Of a DNA stretch of 64,000 bases, positions 10,856 to 21,271 are shown piece after piece. The notes under the pieces are model-generated. The model had not been told where the DNA came from. It did no database searches and saw nothing but the letters and a program-made list of their open reading frames with translations. Numbering within the stretch: position 1 is the first letter of the stretch; each line of letters opens with the position of its first letter. The stretch lies in contig JAFUSU010000027.1 of the NCBI GenBank assembly GCA_017467515.1, positions 51,099-115,098 of the forward strand. Direction: 5' to 3'. The translations under genes and the position numbers were made by a program. The DNA is from Alphaproteobacteria bacterium. GTDB lineage: Bacteria > Pseudomonadota > Alphaproteobacteria > RF32 > CAG-239.

Positions 10856-11907
10856 TTGAGATTATCGGTTTAACAAAAAAAGAATTAACCTCCGTCCTTG
10901 AAGAAATGGGCGAAAAATCTTTTCGTGCCAAACAGATATGGCACTGGCTTTATGTGCAAGGCGCTAAATCTTTTGAAGAAATGACAAACATCTCAAAAGA
11001 CTTGCGAAACAAACTGACGGAAAAATTTACACTAAACCGTCCGAAAATCGTCACGGAACAAATTTCTGCCGACAAGACACATAAATGGTTACTTGAATTT
11101 ACTGATGGACAAAGAATTGAAACCGTATTTATTCCCGAAGAAGAACATGGCGCTGTATGTGTTTCGACACAAGTCGGCTGTGCTGTCGGTTGTAAATTCT
11201 GCCATACCGGCAGTCAAAAAATTACACGCAATTTAACTGCCGGAGAAATCATCAGTCAGTTTATGCTGGTTAAAGACGTTTATGCCGAATGGCCAAGCTC
11301 TTCACAAGATAACAGGCTTGTTTCTAACATTGTGGTTATGGGAATGGGCGAACCGTTGCATAATGCGGATAATGTCATTAAAGCCCTTAATATTGCCACA
11401 GACCAAGACGGTTTAGCCGTCAGCAAACGGCGGGTTACTTTATCGACATCAGGCATTGTCCCTCATATTCCCGAAATTGCGCGCGAAACCGGCGTTAAAT
11501 TGGCAATCAGCCTACACGCACCGAATAATCAAAAGCGCTCACAAATTATGCCTATTAATGATCGCTATAAAATAGAAGAAATTTTATCAGCCTGTCAGGA
11601 ATATCAAAAAATTGTCACCAGTCGTTATATTACTTTTGAATACCTGATGCTTGACGGCTTTAATGACAGTTTACAAGACGCTCAAGAACTGGTTGCCCTA
11701 ATGAAAAAATATAAGATTGGTGCTAAATTTAACCTTATTCCGTTTAATCCGTGGCCGGGATGTCATTTTAAACCAAGTTCCAACAACCGTGTCTATGCCT
11801 TTTCCAAAGAATTAGAAAAAGCCGGTTTTGCAGCACCCGTACGCACAGCACGCGGGCAAGATATTTTGGCAGCTTGCGGCCAACTAAAATCAAAAAAATC
11901 AGTCTGA
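10840..11907 (+). CDS. rlmN: 23S rRNA m2A2503 / tRNA m2A37 radical-SAM methyltransferase
   Basis: CAVGCKFCHTG radical-SAM CxxxCxxC motif and RlmN N-terminal region (FRAKQIWHWLY). Overlaps the previous gene by a few codons; start may be ATG at 10852. Confidence 0.9.
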   Translation: MQKEMIEIIGLTKKELTSVLEEMGEKSFRAKQIWHWLYVQGAKSFEEMTNISKDLRNKLTEKFTLNRPKIVTEQISADKTHKWLLEFTDGQRIETVFIPEEEHGAVCVSTQVGCAVGCKFCHTGSQKITRNLTAGEIISQFMLVKDVYAEWPSSSQDNRLVSNIVVMGMGEPLHNADNVIKALNIATDQDGLAVSKRRVTLSTSGIVPHIPEIARETGVKLAISLHAPNNQKRSQIMPINDRYKIEEILSACQEYQKIVTSRYITFEYLMLDGFNDSLQDAQELVALMKKYKIGAKFNLIPFNPWPGCHFKPSSNNRVYAFSKELEKAGFAAPVRTARGQDILAACGQLKSKKSV

Positions 11908-11940
11908 ACTTTTACTGATTACTTACATATTTTTTGCCTA

Positions 11941-12248
11941 AGAGCGCAGCGTACATAGAAGTACGTGAGCATTTTTTCTGCTTGAGAACGACGCACGAGT
12001 AACCCGTTACTGCTTAAAAATTCGGATAATGAGGTTAATCGTAGGAGTTGAAAGAGAAAAAAGCGCAGCGTACATAGAAGTACGTGAGCATTCTTTCTGC
12101 TTGAGAACGACGCACGAGTAACCCGTTACTGCTTAAAAATTCGGATAATGAGGTTAATCGTAGGAGTTGAAAGAGAAAAAAGCGCAGCGTACATAGAAGT
12201 ACGTGAGCATTTTTTCTGCTTGAGAACGACGCACGAGTAACCCGTTAG
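11941..12248. repeat. Tandem direct repeat, 119-bp unit x ~2.6 copies, each unit containing a GTAC-box hairpin
   Basis: Units start at 11944, 12063 and 12182 and are near-identical (single-base differences). Each unit contains CGTACATAGAAGTACG flanked by A-run and T-run, plus a GTAACCCGTTAC palindrome. Confidence 0.9.
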
Positions 12249-12943
12249 ACGAATTTTTTATAAAACTCCTTACGACCTTTACGTGACATACTCCATAAAT
12301 TTCCCCAACCGTTAATGGGCTGAATTTTATAAAGAGAGTCAAAGTGAAAATTACGGCTTAAAAATAAAGAGGTCGTTTTTGTATAATTATTCATCGGACA
12401 GAATCCGTAAAAATCAACTTGTATCAAATCAGCTTGTTGCAAAGCATCAACCGCTTTAACATATTCCTGAGAAGTATTGATACGATCACTGTCATCAAGA
12501 ATAATCATACCGCCGGAAGCTAACCCTCTAACCGCAGCTGAAGCGCATTCGGCACGACGTTTACCATCAATCACTATCACATCATACTTTTTGCCCTCTT
12601 CAAAAATAGCATTTTCATAAATTTCACCTTCATCACGCCAGCGAATATCAAGTTTAGGGTGAGAAAATTCATTTTGCCAGCGCTCAAACCATTGAGGATT
12701 ATCTTCAATACTGGTAACCGATTTAGCACGTTCTGCCCAAAACATTGAAGAATAACCGCAGCCATATTCAAAAATATCTTTATCCGTATAATCAAATTGA
12801 GATATATATTCTATTGCCGGATAGGTATACCAAGGTATCGGATTGCCATCTTTATCAACACAGACTTTTTCATCAATACTGCGTTCAATAGCAAACTCCT
12901 TTTGCCACATTTCAATAAATTTCAAAAATTTTTCACTATACAT
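12245..12943 (-). CDS. Putative class I SAM-dependent methyltransferase (hypothetical)
   Basis: FEYGCGYSS motif-I-like glycine-rich block and acidic residue pattern downstream. Assignment is weak. Confidence 0.45.
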   Translation of the reverse strand: MYSEKFLKFIEMWQKEFAIERSIDEKVCVDKDGNPIPWYTYPAIEYISQFDYTDKDIFEYGCGYSSMFWAERAKSVTSIEDNPQWFERWQNEFSHPKLDIRWRDEGEIYENAIFEEGKKYDVIVIDGKRRAECASAAVRGLASGGMIILDDSDRINTSQEYVKAVDALQQADLIQVDFYGFCPMNNYTKTTSLFLSRNFHFDSLYKIQPINGWGNLWSMSRKGRKEFYKKFV

Positions 12944-13023
12944 AAATACCTCTGTTGAATTTTTAGTTTTGATAGTTATATCACATTTGCCTAAAAAATA
13001 AACCTTTTTAAAAGGAGATAAAA

Positions 13024-13230
13024 ATGAACATCATCAATAAAATAGCTTATATTTTAGTCATTATCGGTGCTCTCAATTGGGGGTTAATCGGAATGGGCGG
13101 ATTTGATCTTGTTGCCTTTATTTTCGGCACAATGAGCTTATTGAGCCGCACCGTTTACAGTCTTGTCGGATTATCTGCTCTGTGGCTGATTATTGCGCCA
13201 TTTATTCAAGATCACAGCAACCACGGTTAG
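13024..13230 (+). CDS. DUF378-family small membrane protein
   Basis: Strong RBS AAAGGAGA. ALNWGLIG..GFDLVAFIFG pattern typical of DUF378/COG2155. Two TM helices. Confidence 0.75.
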   Translation: MNIINKIAYILVIIGALNWGLIGMGGFDLVAFIFGTMSLLSRTVYSLVGLSALWLIIAPFIQDHSNHG

Positions 13231-13266
13231 CAATACTTTAAAAACTTGAATAATGGGCTGTCCTTA

Positions 13267-14313
13267 TTAATAGCCCATTACTCGAGTTTTTTGCATTTTA
13301 GCCGCAGCTGAAGCTATCTGCATAATCAAATAGCTGACAATTTCCTCAGTCGGCATATTCGTTGTTTTACAATCCCGCTCTGCTTTATATAACAGTTCCA
13401 AAACATCAAGCAGACGATTCTTATGCCAGAGAGCAACCTGTGTTTTAAAAGTGCTTTTTCTGAAAAAAATAATTGGTGGAGATATTTTACTGACGGCATT
13501 GTCAATTGTTTCTCCTTTTTCCGTTATTGCCGCGCAATTGAGCAGTTTCATAAAATGATACATCAAATTTCTGACAACGGAAACAGGTTCTCCGCCTTCT
13601 CCTAATAGTTTATTATAAGCCTGCAATGCTTTTTCAACCTGACCTGATGCCGCATAATAACAGACATCATCACCGCTCGCTGCCGAATTATCACTGATAA
13701 CTTTGCAAACATCATCATTGGTAATATTTTTATGCCCGCCCATATAAATCATCAGTTTTTCAATTTCCCCGATATTACTTTTACGATCATTTGATAAACG
13801 GCTGCATAGAAGTTGTAAGGCCTCATTACTGATGGTGTACCCGTTTTCAATAAACATTTGCCGTGCCGTGGCGTAAATAGCCTCATCTCTGTCCTCATAA
13901 CAGGCAATCAAGGCAAAATCATCCCTTTCTTCAGCTAGAGAAACCAGAGAAGATTTCTTATTTAATGATGAAGAAGATAAAATCAGAAGTGTATCCGACT
14001 TAACGGCATCAAGCATTGCTTTTAAAGGTTTGGTAATATTATTGTCAACTTCTTTAACAATAACAACGCGTCGTCCACCCATCAAAGATTGTGCGCCGTA
14101 CTCTCCTGCTAAGACACCCGTATCCGAACTGATATTATCCCATAACAATTGTGAAACCTGAAAAGCATCATTTAAATCCGGCACGATAGCCTGAGCAAAT
14201 TGTTTAACATACTCTGCCACCAAACCGTCATTTGTTCCATATATAACGACACATTTAAGAGAAGGATCCGGATGCTTAATAAATCTGTCAATTTGGCCTT
14301 GTTTATAAATCAC
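13267..14313 (-). CDS. holA: DNA polymerase III delta subunit
   Basis: 348 aa, placed in conserved leuS-lptE-holA order; delta-like N-terminal region. Assignment relies largely on synteny. Confidence 0.7.
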   Translation of the reverse strand: MIYKQGQIDRFIKHPDPSLKCVVIYGTNDGLVAEYVKQFAQAIVPDLNDAFQVSQLLWDNISSDTGVLAGEYGAQSLMGGRRVVIVKEVDNNITKPLKAMLDAVKSDTLLILSSSSLNKKSSLVSLAEERDDFALIACYEDRDEAIYATARQMFIENGYTISNEALQLLCSRLSNDRKSNIGEIEKLMIYMGGHKNITNDDVCKVISDNSAASGDDVCYYAASGQVEKALQAYNKLLGEGGEPVSVVRNLMYHFMKLLNCAAITEKGETIDNAVSKISPPIIFFRKSTFKTQVALWHKNRLLDVLELLYKAERDCKTTNMPTEEIVSYLIMQIASAAAKMQKTRVMGY

Positions 14314-14317
14314 CGTT

Positions 14318-14890
14318 TTATTTCTCTTTTTGTTTTATATTTTTCTGTTCGACATCTTCATAAGAATTAGCCTTTGCGTTAAAAAACGCACCCAAACGCA
14401 ATGCTATATCATTAGCCATAATTTTAGCAGCATCTTTCTGAACTTTTTTACGAGCCACAACCGTAGAATAAGGATTATCTAAAATATCATAACTCACAAA
14501 AGAAACTGTATTTCCTTTAACGAGTTGCTGATCCTTCTCCGTCATATAATATTGAACACTATAATCTATTCGTTTACGAGTTGCCGTAATATCATTACGA
14601 AGAGCTTGATCGTACTCATTTTCCTTGTCAGGTGTAATATACAAATAATATTTTGGTTTTGAAGGCACACCGCGAGGAGTCAATAAATCAATCAGCTCAT
14701 TTTTAATCATTTGGCCTAATCTGCCTCCATGGGCAACAACTTTAATTTGTGCCATCTGATCTGAAACATAATTGTCAAAATCACCATCAAAATACCATTT
14801 TGTATGTTCACTGTCTTTTTGCACATACAAAGGCTCAAAGCCGCAAGCGGCAACAAATAGAAACAAGAAAGCGATAACACTTTTTTTCAT
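14318..14890 (-). CDS. lptE: LPS-assembly lipoprotein LptE
   Basis: Lipobox VAAC after signal peptide, ~190 aa, lies immediately downstream of leuS. Confidence 0.65.
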   Translation of the reverse strand: MKKSVIAFLFLFVAACGFEPLYVQKDSEHTKWYFDGDFDNYVSDQMAQIKVVAHGGRLGQMIKNELIDLLTPRGVPSKPKYYLYITPDKENEYDQALRNDITATRKRIDYSVQYYMTEKDQQLVKGNTVSFVSYDILDNPYSTVVARKKVQKDAAKIMANDIALRLGAFFNAKANSYEDVEQKNIKQKEK

Positions 14891-14900
14891 TGTTATTTTC

Positions 14901-17354
14901 CTAAGCTACAAGGTTAATCAAACGATTTGGAACAACAATAACTTTGCGGATTTCTTTTCCTTCAAGCTGACGTTTTACATTTTCCAATTCTAATGCTTTA
15001 GCCTTTACTTCTTCTTGTGAAGCATTTTTCGGCATTTCTATTGTTCCGCGCATTTTGCCGCAAATTTGAACGGCATATGTGACAACATTATCTTCCGCCA
15101 ATTTTGCATCACCTTTCGGCCAAGCGGCTTTAATTAATAAATCATTATGCCCCAGTCTTGCCCACATTTCTTCGCATAAATGCGGCGTAAACGGACACAT
15201 TAAACGCAATAAAGTTTCATACATCTCTGCCGGAATCTTATCCATATTGGACATATAATTAACGTATGTCATCAAAGAAGAAACGGCTGTATTAAACTTC
15301 ATTTGGTCAATACGTTCCGTCACTTCTAATATAGCCTTATGCATTGCACGAGCATCAGCTTCCGATAATGAAATATTATACACTTTTGTAAACAGAGTGT
15401 ATATCTTACCTATAAAGCGGTAAACACCCATCAGGCTTTCTTCTGACCAAGAAGCAACTTGGTCAAACGGACCGATAAACATTTCATATAATCTGAAAGT
15501 ATCCGCACCGTAAGCCTCAACAATTTCATCCGGATTGACAACATTACCGCGCGATTTAGACATTTTTTCACCATCTGCAGCCAAAATCATTCCGTGTGAA
15601 GTTCGACGATTGTAGGGTTCTTTAGTCGGGACATACCCGCAATCATATAAAAATTTATGCCAAAAACGAGAATATAACAGGTGCAACGTTGTATGCTCCA
15701 TACCACCGTTGTACCAGTCAACATTCATCCAATAATCCAACGCTTCTTTTGAAGCAAATTCCTTATGATTATGCGGATCACAATACCGTAAAAAATACCA
15801 CGAAGAACCGGCCCAGTTCGGCATAACATCTGTTTCACGACGAGCATGACCTCCACAACAAGGACACGTTGTATTAACCCAATCTGTTGCCTTTGCCAAC
15901 GGAGAATCTCCCTCATCATTTGGCAAGAAATCCGTGACCTCCGGCAGAGTTAACGGCAATTCCGATTCAGGAACAGGCTGCCAACCGCATTTTTCACAAT
16001 AAACCATCGGAATTGGCTCACCCCAATAACGTTGACGAGAAAATACCCAGTCACGCAACTTAAAATTAACTTTGGCACGACCGAAACCTTTTTCAGAAGC
16101 ATAAGCAATAGCTTTGCTCATAGCATCTTCTTTATTAAGGCCGTCTAAAAAGCCTGAATTAATATGTGTTCCATCTTCTTCCCACGCTTTTTCGGAAATA
16201 TCGCCACCGGCTAAAACCTGAATAATCGGTAAATTAAAGACTTTCGCAAAGTCATAATCTCGTTGATCGTGAGCAGGAACCGCCATAATAGCGCCCGTTC
16301 CGTACCCCGTTAAAACATAATCAGAAATAAAGACCGGTATTTCTTTTCCGTTAAACGGATTAACAGCTTTAATTCCTTTAAGTTCAACACCCGTTTTATC
16401 GGTACTTTGGGTACGCTGCAAATCAGATTTCTTAGCTGTTTCAGCCACATATGCTTTAACCTCTTCAGCGTTTTTAAATTTTGACATATACTTTTGAACA
16501 AACGGATGCTCCGGCGCCAAAACCATATATGTTACACCGAATGCGGTATCCGGACGTGTTGTAAAGACCGTTAACTTATCCTCACCAAATCCGAAATCCA
16601 GTTCGGCGCCCTCCGAACGACCAATCCAGTTAATTTGCTGAGATTTAACACGATCTATAAAATCCAAATCTTTTAAATCATCAATTAAACGGTCTGCATA
16701 TTTCGTAATGGCAACCATCCATTGCTCTTTATTTTTACGAACGACTTGCGCTCCGCAACGTTCACAACAGCCGTTGACAACTTCTTCATTAGCCAGACCG
16801 ACTTTACAACTCGGACACCAGTTAATTGCCATTTTGGATTTATAAGCCAATCCCTTTTTGAAGAGTTGAATAAACATCCACTGTGTCCATTTATAATACT
16901 CCGGATCACAAGTAGCAAAAGACCTATCCCAATCAAAACTGAATCCCAACGATTTCAGTTGACGCGTAAAATTAGCAATATTTGCCGCTGTGGAAACAGC
17001 CGGATGAACACCTGTCTTAATAGCATAATTTTCAGCAGGCAAACCGAACGCATCAAAGCCCATCGGGTACAAAACATTAAAGCCTTGCATTCTTTTTTTG
17101 CGTGCAATCACATCAAGTGCCGTGTAAGAGCGAGGATGCCCGACATGAAGTCCTGCACCGGAAGGGTAAGGAAATTCGACCAAAGCATAAAATTTTTCTT
17201 TTGTTTTATCAATTTCTACTTTATAAGCTTTCTCATCTTCCCAAATTTTTTGCCATTTTTCTTCAACGGTATGGAAATTATAACGTTCCTCCATAGCCCA
17301 ATCTTTTCGCCACTCATTCCATTCTTTATCGTTAAAATGCGTACTTTTAGTCAT
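14901..17354 (-). CDS. leuS: Leucyl-tRNA synthetase
   Basis: HVGHPRSYT (HIGH), KMSKS, zinc-binding Cys cluster; 817 aa. Confidence 0.95.
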   Translation of the reverse strand: MTKSTHFNDKEWNEWRKDWAMEERYNFHTVEEKWQKIWEDEKAYKVEIDKTKEKFYALVEFPYPSGAGLHVGHPRSYTALDVIARKKRMQGFNVLYPMGFDAFGLPAENYAIKTGVHPAVSTAANIANFTRQLKSLGFSFDWDRSFATCDPEYYKWTQWMFIQLFKKGLAYKSKMAINWCPSCKVGLANEEVVNGCCERCGAQVVRKNKEQWMVAITKYADRLIDDLKDLDFIDRVKSQQINWIGRSEGAELDFGFGEDKLTVFTTRPDTAFGVTYMVLAPEHPFVQKYMSKFKNAEEVKAYVAETAKKSDLQRTQSTDKTGVELKGIKAVNPFNGKEIPVFISDYVLTGYGTGAIMAVPAHDQRDYDFAKVFNLPIIQVLAGGDISEKAWEEDGTHINSGFLDGLNKEDAMSKAIAYASEKGFGRAKVNFKLRDWVFSRQRYWGEPIPMVYCEKCGWQPVPESELPLTLPEVTDFLPNDEGDSPLAKATDWVNTTCPCCGGHARRETDVMPNWAGSSWYFLRYCDPHNHKEFASKEALDYWMNVDWYNGGMEHTTLHLLYSRFWHKFLYDCGYVPTKEPYNRRTSHGMILAADGEKMSKSRGNVVNPDEIVEAYGADTFRLYEMFIGPFDQVASWSEESLMGVYRFIGKIYTLFTKVYNISLSEADARAMHKAILEVTERIDQMKFNTAVSSLMTYVNYMSNMDKIPAEMYETLLRLMCPFTPHLCEEMWARLGHNDLLIKAAWPKGDAKLAEDNVVTYAVQICGKMRGTIEMPKNASQEEVKAKALELENVKRQLEGKEIRKVIVVPNRLINLVA

Positions 17355-17361
17355 TTCTTAT

Positions 17362-17820
17362 TTATTCCTTATCCTGTATATATAAAACTTTTGCACGAGA
17401 GATAATTGCCTTTTCAATTTCTTTTTCAAAATCCGAACTCGGAGCTGTTTTAGTCCACCCGTTCTTTCCTTTAACTTCTTTATATACTTTCACATGAAGG
17501 GCATCTGCTCGCAATTCACCGTCATTAATTTCAGCAACGATTTTAAATCTTTCATTGGGAGCCGAGGGCAAATTCTTCCAAGCTGTTTCGATTCTACCCT
17601 CTTGCGGATTCTCGCTGACAATTTCCATAAAGGATAGTTTATCCAAACCGGCCTGCCATAAATATTTATTAACATTTGCAGGGAGTGCCGGTTGAGTTTC
17701 TGTGGATTCAACAGATACATCATTCTCAGACCAAGGATTCAACATATCCCAACTTAAATTGTTCCAATAAGAGCAGCCCGATAACATCGTGACAGCCATA
17801 AGTACAAAATATTTTTTCAT
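17362..17820 (-). CDS. Lipoprotein, hypothetical
   Basis: MKKYFVLMAVTMLSGC lipobox; 152 aa. Confidence 0.6.
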   Translation of the reverse strand: MKKYFVLMAVTMLSGCSYWNNLSWDMLNPWSENDVSVESTETQPALPANVNKYLWQAGLDKLSFMEIVSENPQEGRIETAWKNLPSAPNERFKIVAEINDGELRADALHVKVYKEVKGKNGWTKTAPSSDFEKEIEKAIISRAKVLYIQDKE

Positions 17821-17960
17821 TTTTGCCCTCTTTTTTTATTTCGATTGTGATTAAATTATATTACTTTTTTGCAAAAGACAAGTCAGATAAATAAATTTAT
17901 CACTTGTAATTGGCTTAAATCCAGCCTAAACTTGAGCAAATTTAACAACAGAGAACTCAA

Positions 17961-19205
17961 ATGAGCGACTTACGAGAAAGAACAGTCCTTTTCCTGCACC
18001 AGATTCTGCATCAGCACCTTTTGCCAGAAGCAGAGATAAAGCAATCGGCTTTTGAAAAAATGCTGACATTAACCGTTTGCCGTAATGTTCCCTCGCTTGA
18101 TAAAATCTTGGCCAAATTTCTTAAACATACAATTCCTGACAAGCAATTGCTGGTTCACACCATTTTACTCACGGGAACTGCAGAGTTACTGTTAATGGAT
18201 TCCCCTGATTATGCTGTTCTGAACAGCTATGTTGCGCTTACAAAGAAAAATTTCGGTAAAATTCTCAGTGGTTTTGTTAATGCTGTTTTACGCCAAATTT
18301 CCTTGCAAAAAGACATTTTATTACAAGGTTATCAACCTAAATTTTTTCCTGAAAATTTTGAAAAAATATTGGCAAAAGATTATGACGAACAAACCATTAA
18401 AAAAATTGAGCAGGTTTCTCGAAATCAACCGGCTCTGAATATAAGCGTAAAAAAAGACAGTTCTTTTTGGGCTGAGAAATTAAAAGCACAACGCGTCAAT
18501 CAAAATACGATTAGTCTCAAAAATTCGGGAAATATAGACACGCTGATCGGATATAACGAAGGAGAATGGTGGGTTCAAGATACAGCTGCAGCTTTGGCTG
18601 TTGCCCAATTTTCAAATCTGAAAAACAAGCGTGTTTTGGATTTATGTGCCGCCCCCGGAGGAAAAACAGCTCAGATGATAAACGCCGGAGCAGAAGTTAC
18701 TTCTTTGGATTGTTCCGACCTTCGTTTATCCGTCCTCCGAAAAAATCTTTCTCGTCTTCGATTTACGGCAAAACAAATCATTTGTGCTGACGCTCTTTTC
18801 TATTTAGAAAATTTTGACGGTATTCCTTTTGATGCCATTCTCCTTGATGCCCCCTGTTCTGCAACCGGTATTTTTCGCCGACACCCCGAACTTGTTCATC
18901 TGAAAACACAGCAAGACATTAGTCGACAAGCGGAACTTCAAGAAAAAATGCTCGAAAAAATATCGCCTGCCTTAAAGTCCGGAGGAGAATTAATTTATTG
19001 CGTTTGCTCGATAGCAAAAGATGAGGGAGAAAACCAAATAAAAAAATTCCTGAAAAAGCACCCCGAGTTTCATATTTGTCCGTTAAAAAACAAAGAAGAA
19101 CCTCAAAGTCTTACCAAAGAAGGATTTATCAGAACCTTACCCTTTCACTATGCCGCAACCGGCGGGTGCGATTCTTTTTTTATAGCTAAACTGATAAAGG
19201 ATTAA
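17961..19205 (+). CDS. rsmB: 16S rRNA m5C967 methyltransferase RsmB/Sun family
   Basis: DLCAAPGGKT SAM-binding motif, DAPCS and catalytic Cys motifs. Confidence 0.8.
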   Translation: MSDLRERTVLFLHQILHQHLLPEAEIKQSAFEKMLTLTVCRNVPSLDKILAKFLKHTIPDKQLLVHTILLTGTAELLLMDSPDYAVLNSYVALTKKNFGKILSGFVNAVLRQISLQKDILLQGYQPKFFPENFEKILAKDYDEQTIKKIEQVSRNQPALNISVKKDSSFWAEKLKAQRVNQNTISLKNSGNIDTLIGYNEGEWWVQDTAAALAVAQFSNLKNKRVLDLCAAPGGKTAQMINAGAEVTSLDCSDLRLSVLRKNLSRLRFTAKQIICADALFYLENFDGIPFDAILLDAPCSATGIFRRHPELVHLKTQQDISRQAELQEKMLEKISPALKSGGELIYCVCSIAKDEGENQIKKFLKKHPEFHICPLKNKEEPQSLTKEGFIRTLPFHYAATGGCDSFFIAKLIKD

Positions 19206-19209
19206 TATT

Positions 19210-20121
19210 ATGAGCAGTGACCTTTCTTTTCCGATATATGTTATTGGCGATACACCTCTTGCTTATTTTTTAGTGGCCAAACTTTCTATAGAGGGAGAAG
19301 ATGTTCGCCTGCTCTCAGAAAATAAAAGCCTGCACACACTAGATTCTTTTACACTAAAAGACGAAACTTTATCTCAAAAAAGAACCGTAAGAATTAAATT
19401 ACAGACAATTATGCACGATAATGCACAAATGATTTTATTGTGCATGAGTCCTGAAAAAATAAAATCCGGTTTAATTTATTTTTCAAAAGCCAAAGCTGAA
19501 AAATGCCCAGTTCTGTCTTTTTGCCAAACCTTAAAGACAGATCTTCTCACAAAGGTTATTGGACAACCGATTATACCGGCCTATTTTGACGGGTGGTTAA
19601 AAACCAATACGGATAATTCTCTTATCTATTACGGAACCCAAAAAGGATTAACTGTCGGTATATCTTCGCATCATTCTCATTATGATATTATTCAGGAAAC
19701 CTTGGATAAAACAGACATTCCAACAGTTTTCAGTGCAAACCAAAAACAAAATTTTTGGAATTATTTTATTCCCGAAGCCACCTGTTCCTTTTTTTCTCTG
19801 CAAAATGGGAACCATTTACGCGACATTGCAAAAAAAACAGCCTTCCGACAAAATTTAAACACCATTTTAGACGAGCTGTTAACCATTGTTCCGGAAAACA
19901 CCGAAATAAATAAAGAGCAGATTATCAGCAGCATATACTCAACACCGTCTAACTACAAATATCCGATATCAGAAGGGACAATTTTGCATCAAAAAGCCGT
20001 ATTATCATATTTGAGCGACGTTATTCGCTCTCAATCTGCTTATAAGGTTTCAAATTTACCGGTAATAAATGCACTCATTACACAACATCAGATGTTACAA
20101 TCATCTTCTGTGGAGGAATAA
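19210..20121 (+). CDS. Hypothetical protein; N-terminus resembles ketopantoate-reductase (ApbA/PanE) Rossmann fold but glycine motif degenerate
   Basis: IYVIGDTPLAYFLVAKL..DVRLL pattern; 303 aa. Confidence 0.45.
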   Translation: MSSDLSFPIYVIGDTPLAYFLVAKLSIEGEDVRLLSENKSLHTLDSFTLKDETLSQKRTVRIKLQTIMHDNAQMILLCMSPEKIKSGLIYFSKAKAEKCPVLSFCQTLKTDLLTKVIGQPIIPAYFDGWLKTNTDNSLIYYGTQKGLTVGISSHHSHYDIIQETLDKTDIPTVFSANQKQNFWNYFIPEATCSFFSLQNGNHLRDIAKKTAFRQNLNTILDELLTIVPENTEINKEQIISSIYSTPSNYKYPISEGTILHQKAVLSYLSDVIRSQSAYKVSNLPVINALITQHQMLQSSSVEE

Positions 20122-20195
20122 CGCATCACCGTTGAACAAATGAAAATATCATACTATAAAAAATATAAAACAAGAAGCAAACGGGGAAGATAAAA

Positions 20196-21263
20196 ATGGA
20201 TACCTTTATAATGATTGCTGTTTCTGTCAGTATATTTTTTCTAAGTTACAGTTGGTTTCTTTTTATTGTCCGAAACGCATCTTCCGAACATCATTTTCTT
20301 GAAATACTCAGGCAACCTCTCGCCCCTGTTTTGTGTCTTGGCAGCATCTGTTTTTTATTAGCCCATATTGTTTCTAAAGGACAACTTGATGCTATTGTTT
20401 ATTTACCGTTAAGATGCCCCGTAATTTTTATTCTGTCATCTTTTGCTTTGCTTATACTCTTAAAGAAGACTGCTTCAAATAAAAAACAATATTTAATCAT
20501 ACTGGCATTTACCCTGATAAACACCTTATGCCTGCCTTCCGAAATAAATATTACCGATAACATTCTGCCGCCTTTAGCGGAAAAATGCGCTTTAGCTTTG
20601 CTGTGGAGTTTATTTGCTTTCTTATATTTCACCCTCAATGGCGTAGAAGGCGTTTTATCCTTGCAAACCTTATCTATAGCCTTAGGCGTAATGGTTTTAT
20701 TTGCTCTGGGAATGATTTCCGGCCTTGACGGATTTTACAGTTGCATCGATATTGCACTGTTTCTCGGACTAATGCTTTTTACAAGCTTTCCCGCAACACT
20801 TAAATTATCCGTACCTGACTGCCGCATTATCGGATTTTTCATTGGGTGGTTAGGTATTTTAATCAGTATTGAAGGTGCCGGAAGCTGTTTTATTATTTTA
20901 AGTATGTACTACATATATGAAACTGCTTTTGCTCTACTAAAAAGATTGAGTTTTCAAGATCAGTTCAAACGGTTGGTTAATAACACTTTTTATGCCCGTT
21001 TGGCCGATACCGGGGTTTCTCCCAAAAATATTTGCAGATTCGTTTCTCGCTTAAATTTGGTAATGATTATTTTGGCCTGTTTTCAGGTGTATGCACCAAA
21101 CAATTATACATTGATTATCTTTTCCGTCTTTATGATTTTTTGGATGATCGGAAAAGTTATGTCAACACAGGAAACGAATAATCACTTATTATTAACGGGA
21201 AGCTTAATTTCTTTTCTGAAAAAAAATAAAAACAATCCCCCAATTCAAGAGAAAAAGGAATAG
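20196..21263 (+). CDS. Polytopic integral membrane protein, hypothetical
   Basis: ~9-10 hydrophobic helices; no recognisable family. Confidence 0.55.
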   Translation: MDTFIMIAVSVSIFFLSYSWFLFIVRNASSEHHFLEILRQPLAPVLCLGSICFLLAHIVSKGQLDAIVYLPLRCPVIFILSSFALLILLKKTASNKKQYLIILAFTLINTLCLPSEINITDNILPPLAEKCALALLWSLFAFLYFTLNGVEGVLSLQTLSIALGVMVLFALGMISGLDGFYSCIDIALFLGLMLFTSFPATLKLSVPDCRIIGFFIGWLGILISIEGAGSCFIILSMYYIYETAFALLKRLSFQDQFKRLVNNTFYARLADTGVSPKNICRFVSRLNLVMIILACFQVYAPNNYTLIIFSVFMIFWMIGKVMSTQETNNHLLLTGSLISFLKKNKNNPPIQEKKE

Positions 21264-21271
21264 CGCAGCTT

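Noticed and set aside
11941-12248. Possible CRISPR array (regular ~120-bp periodicity)
   Set aside because: The whole 119-bp unit repeats without unique spacers, and no cas genes are nearby. It is a plain tandem repeat.
16722-17405. 227-aa plus-strand ORF
   Set aside because: Antisense shadow ORF inside leuS, with low-complexity composition.
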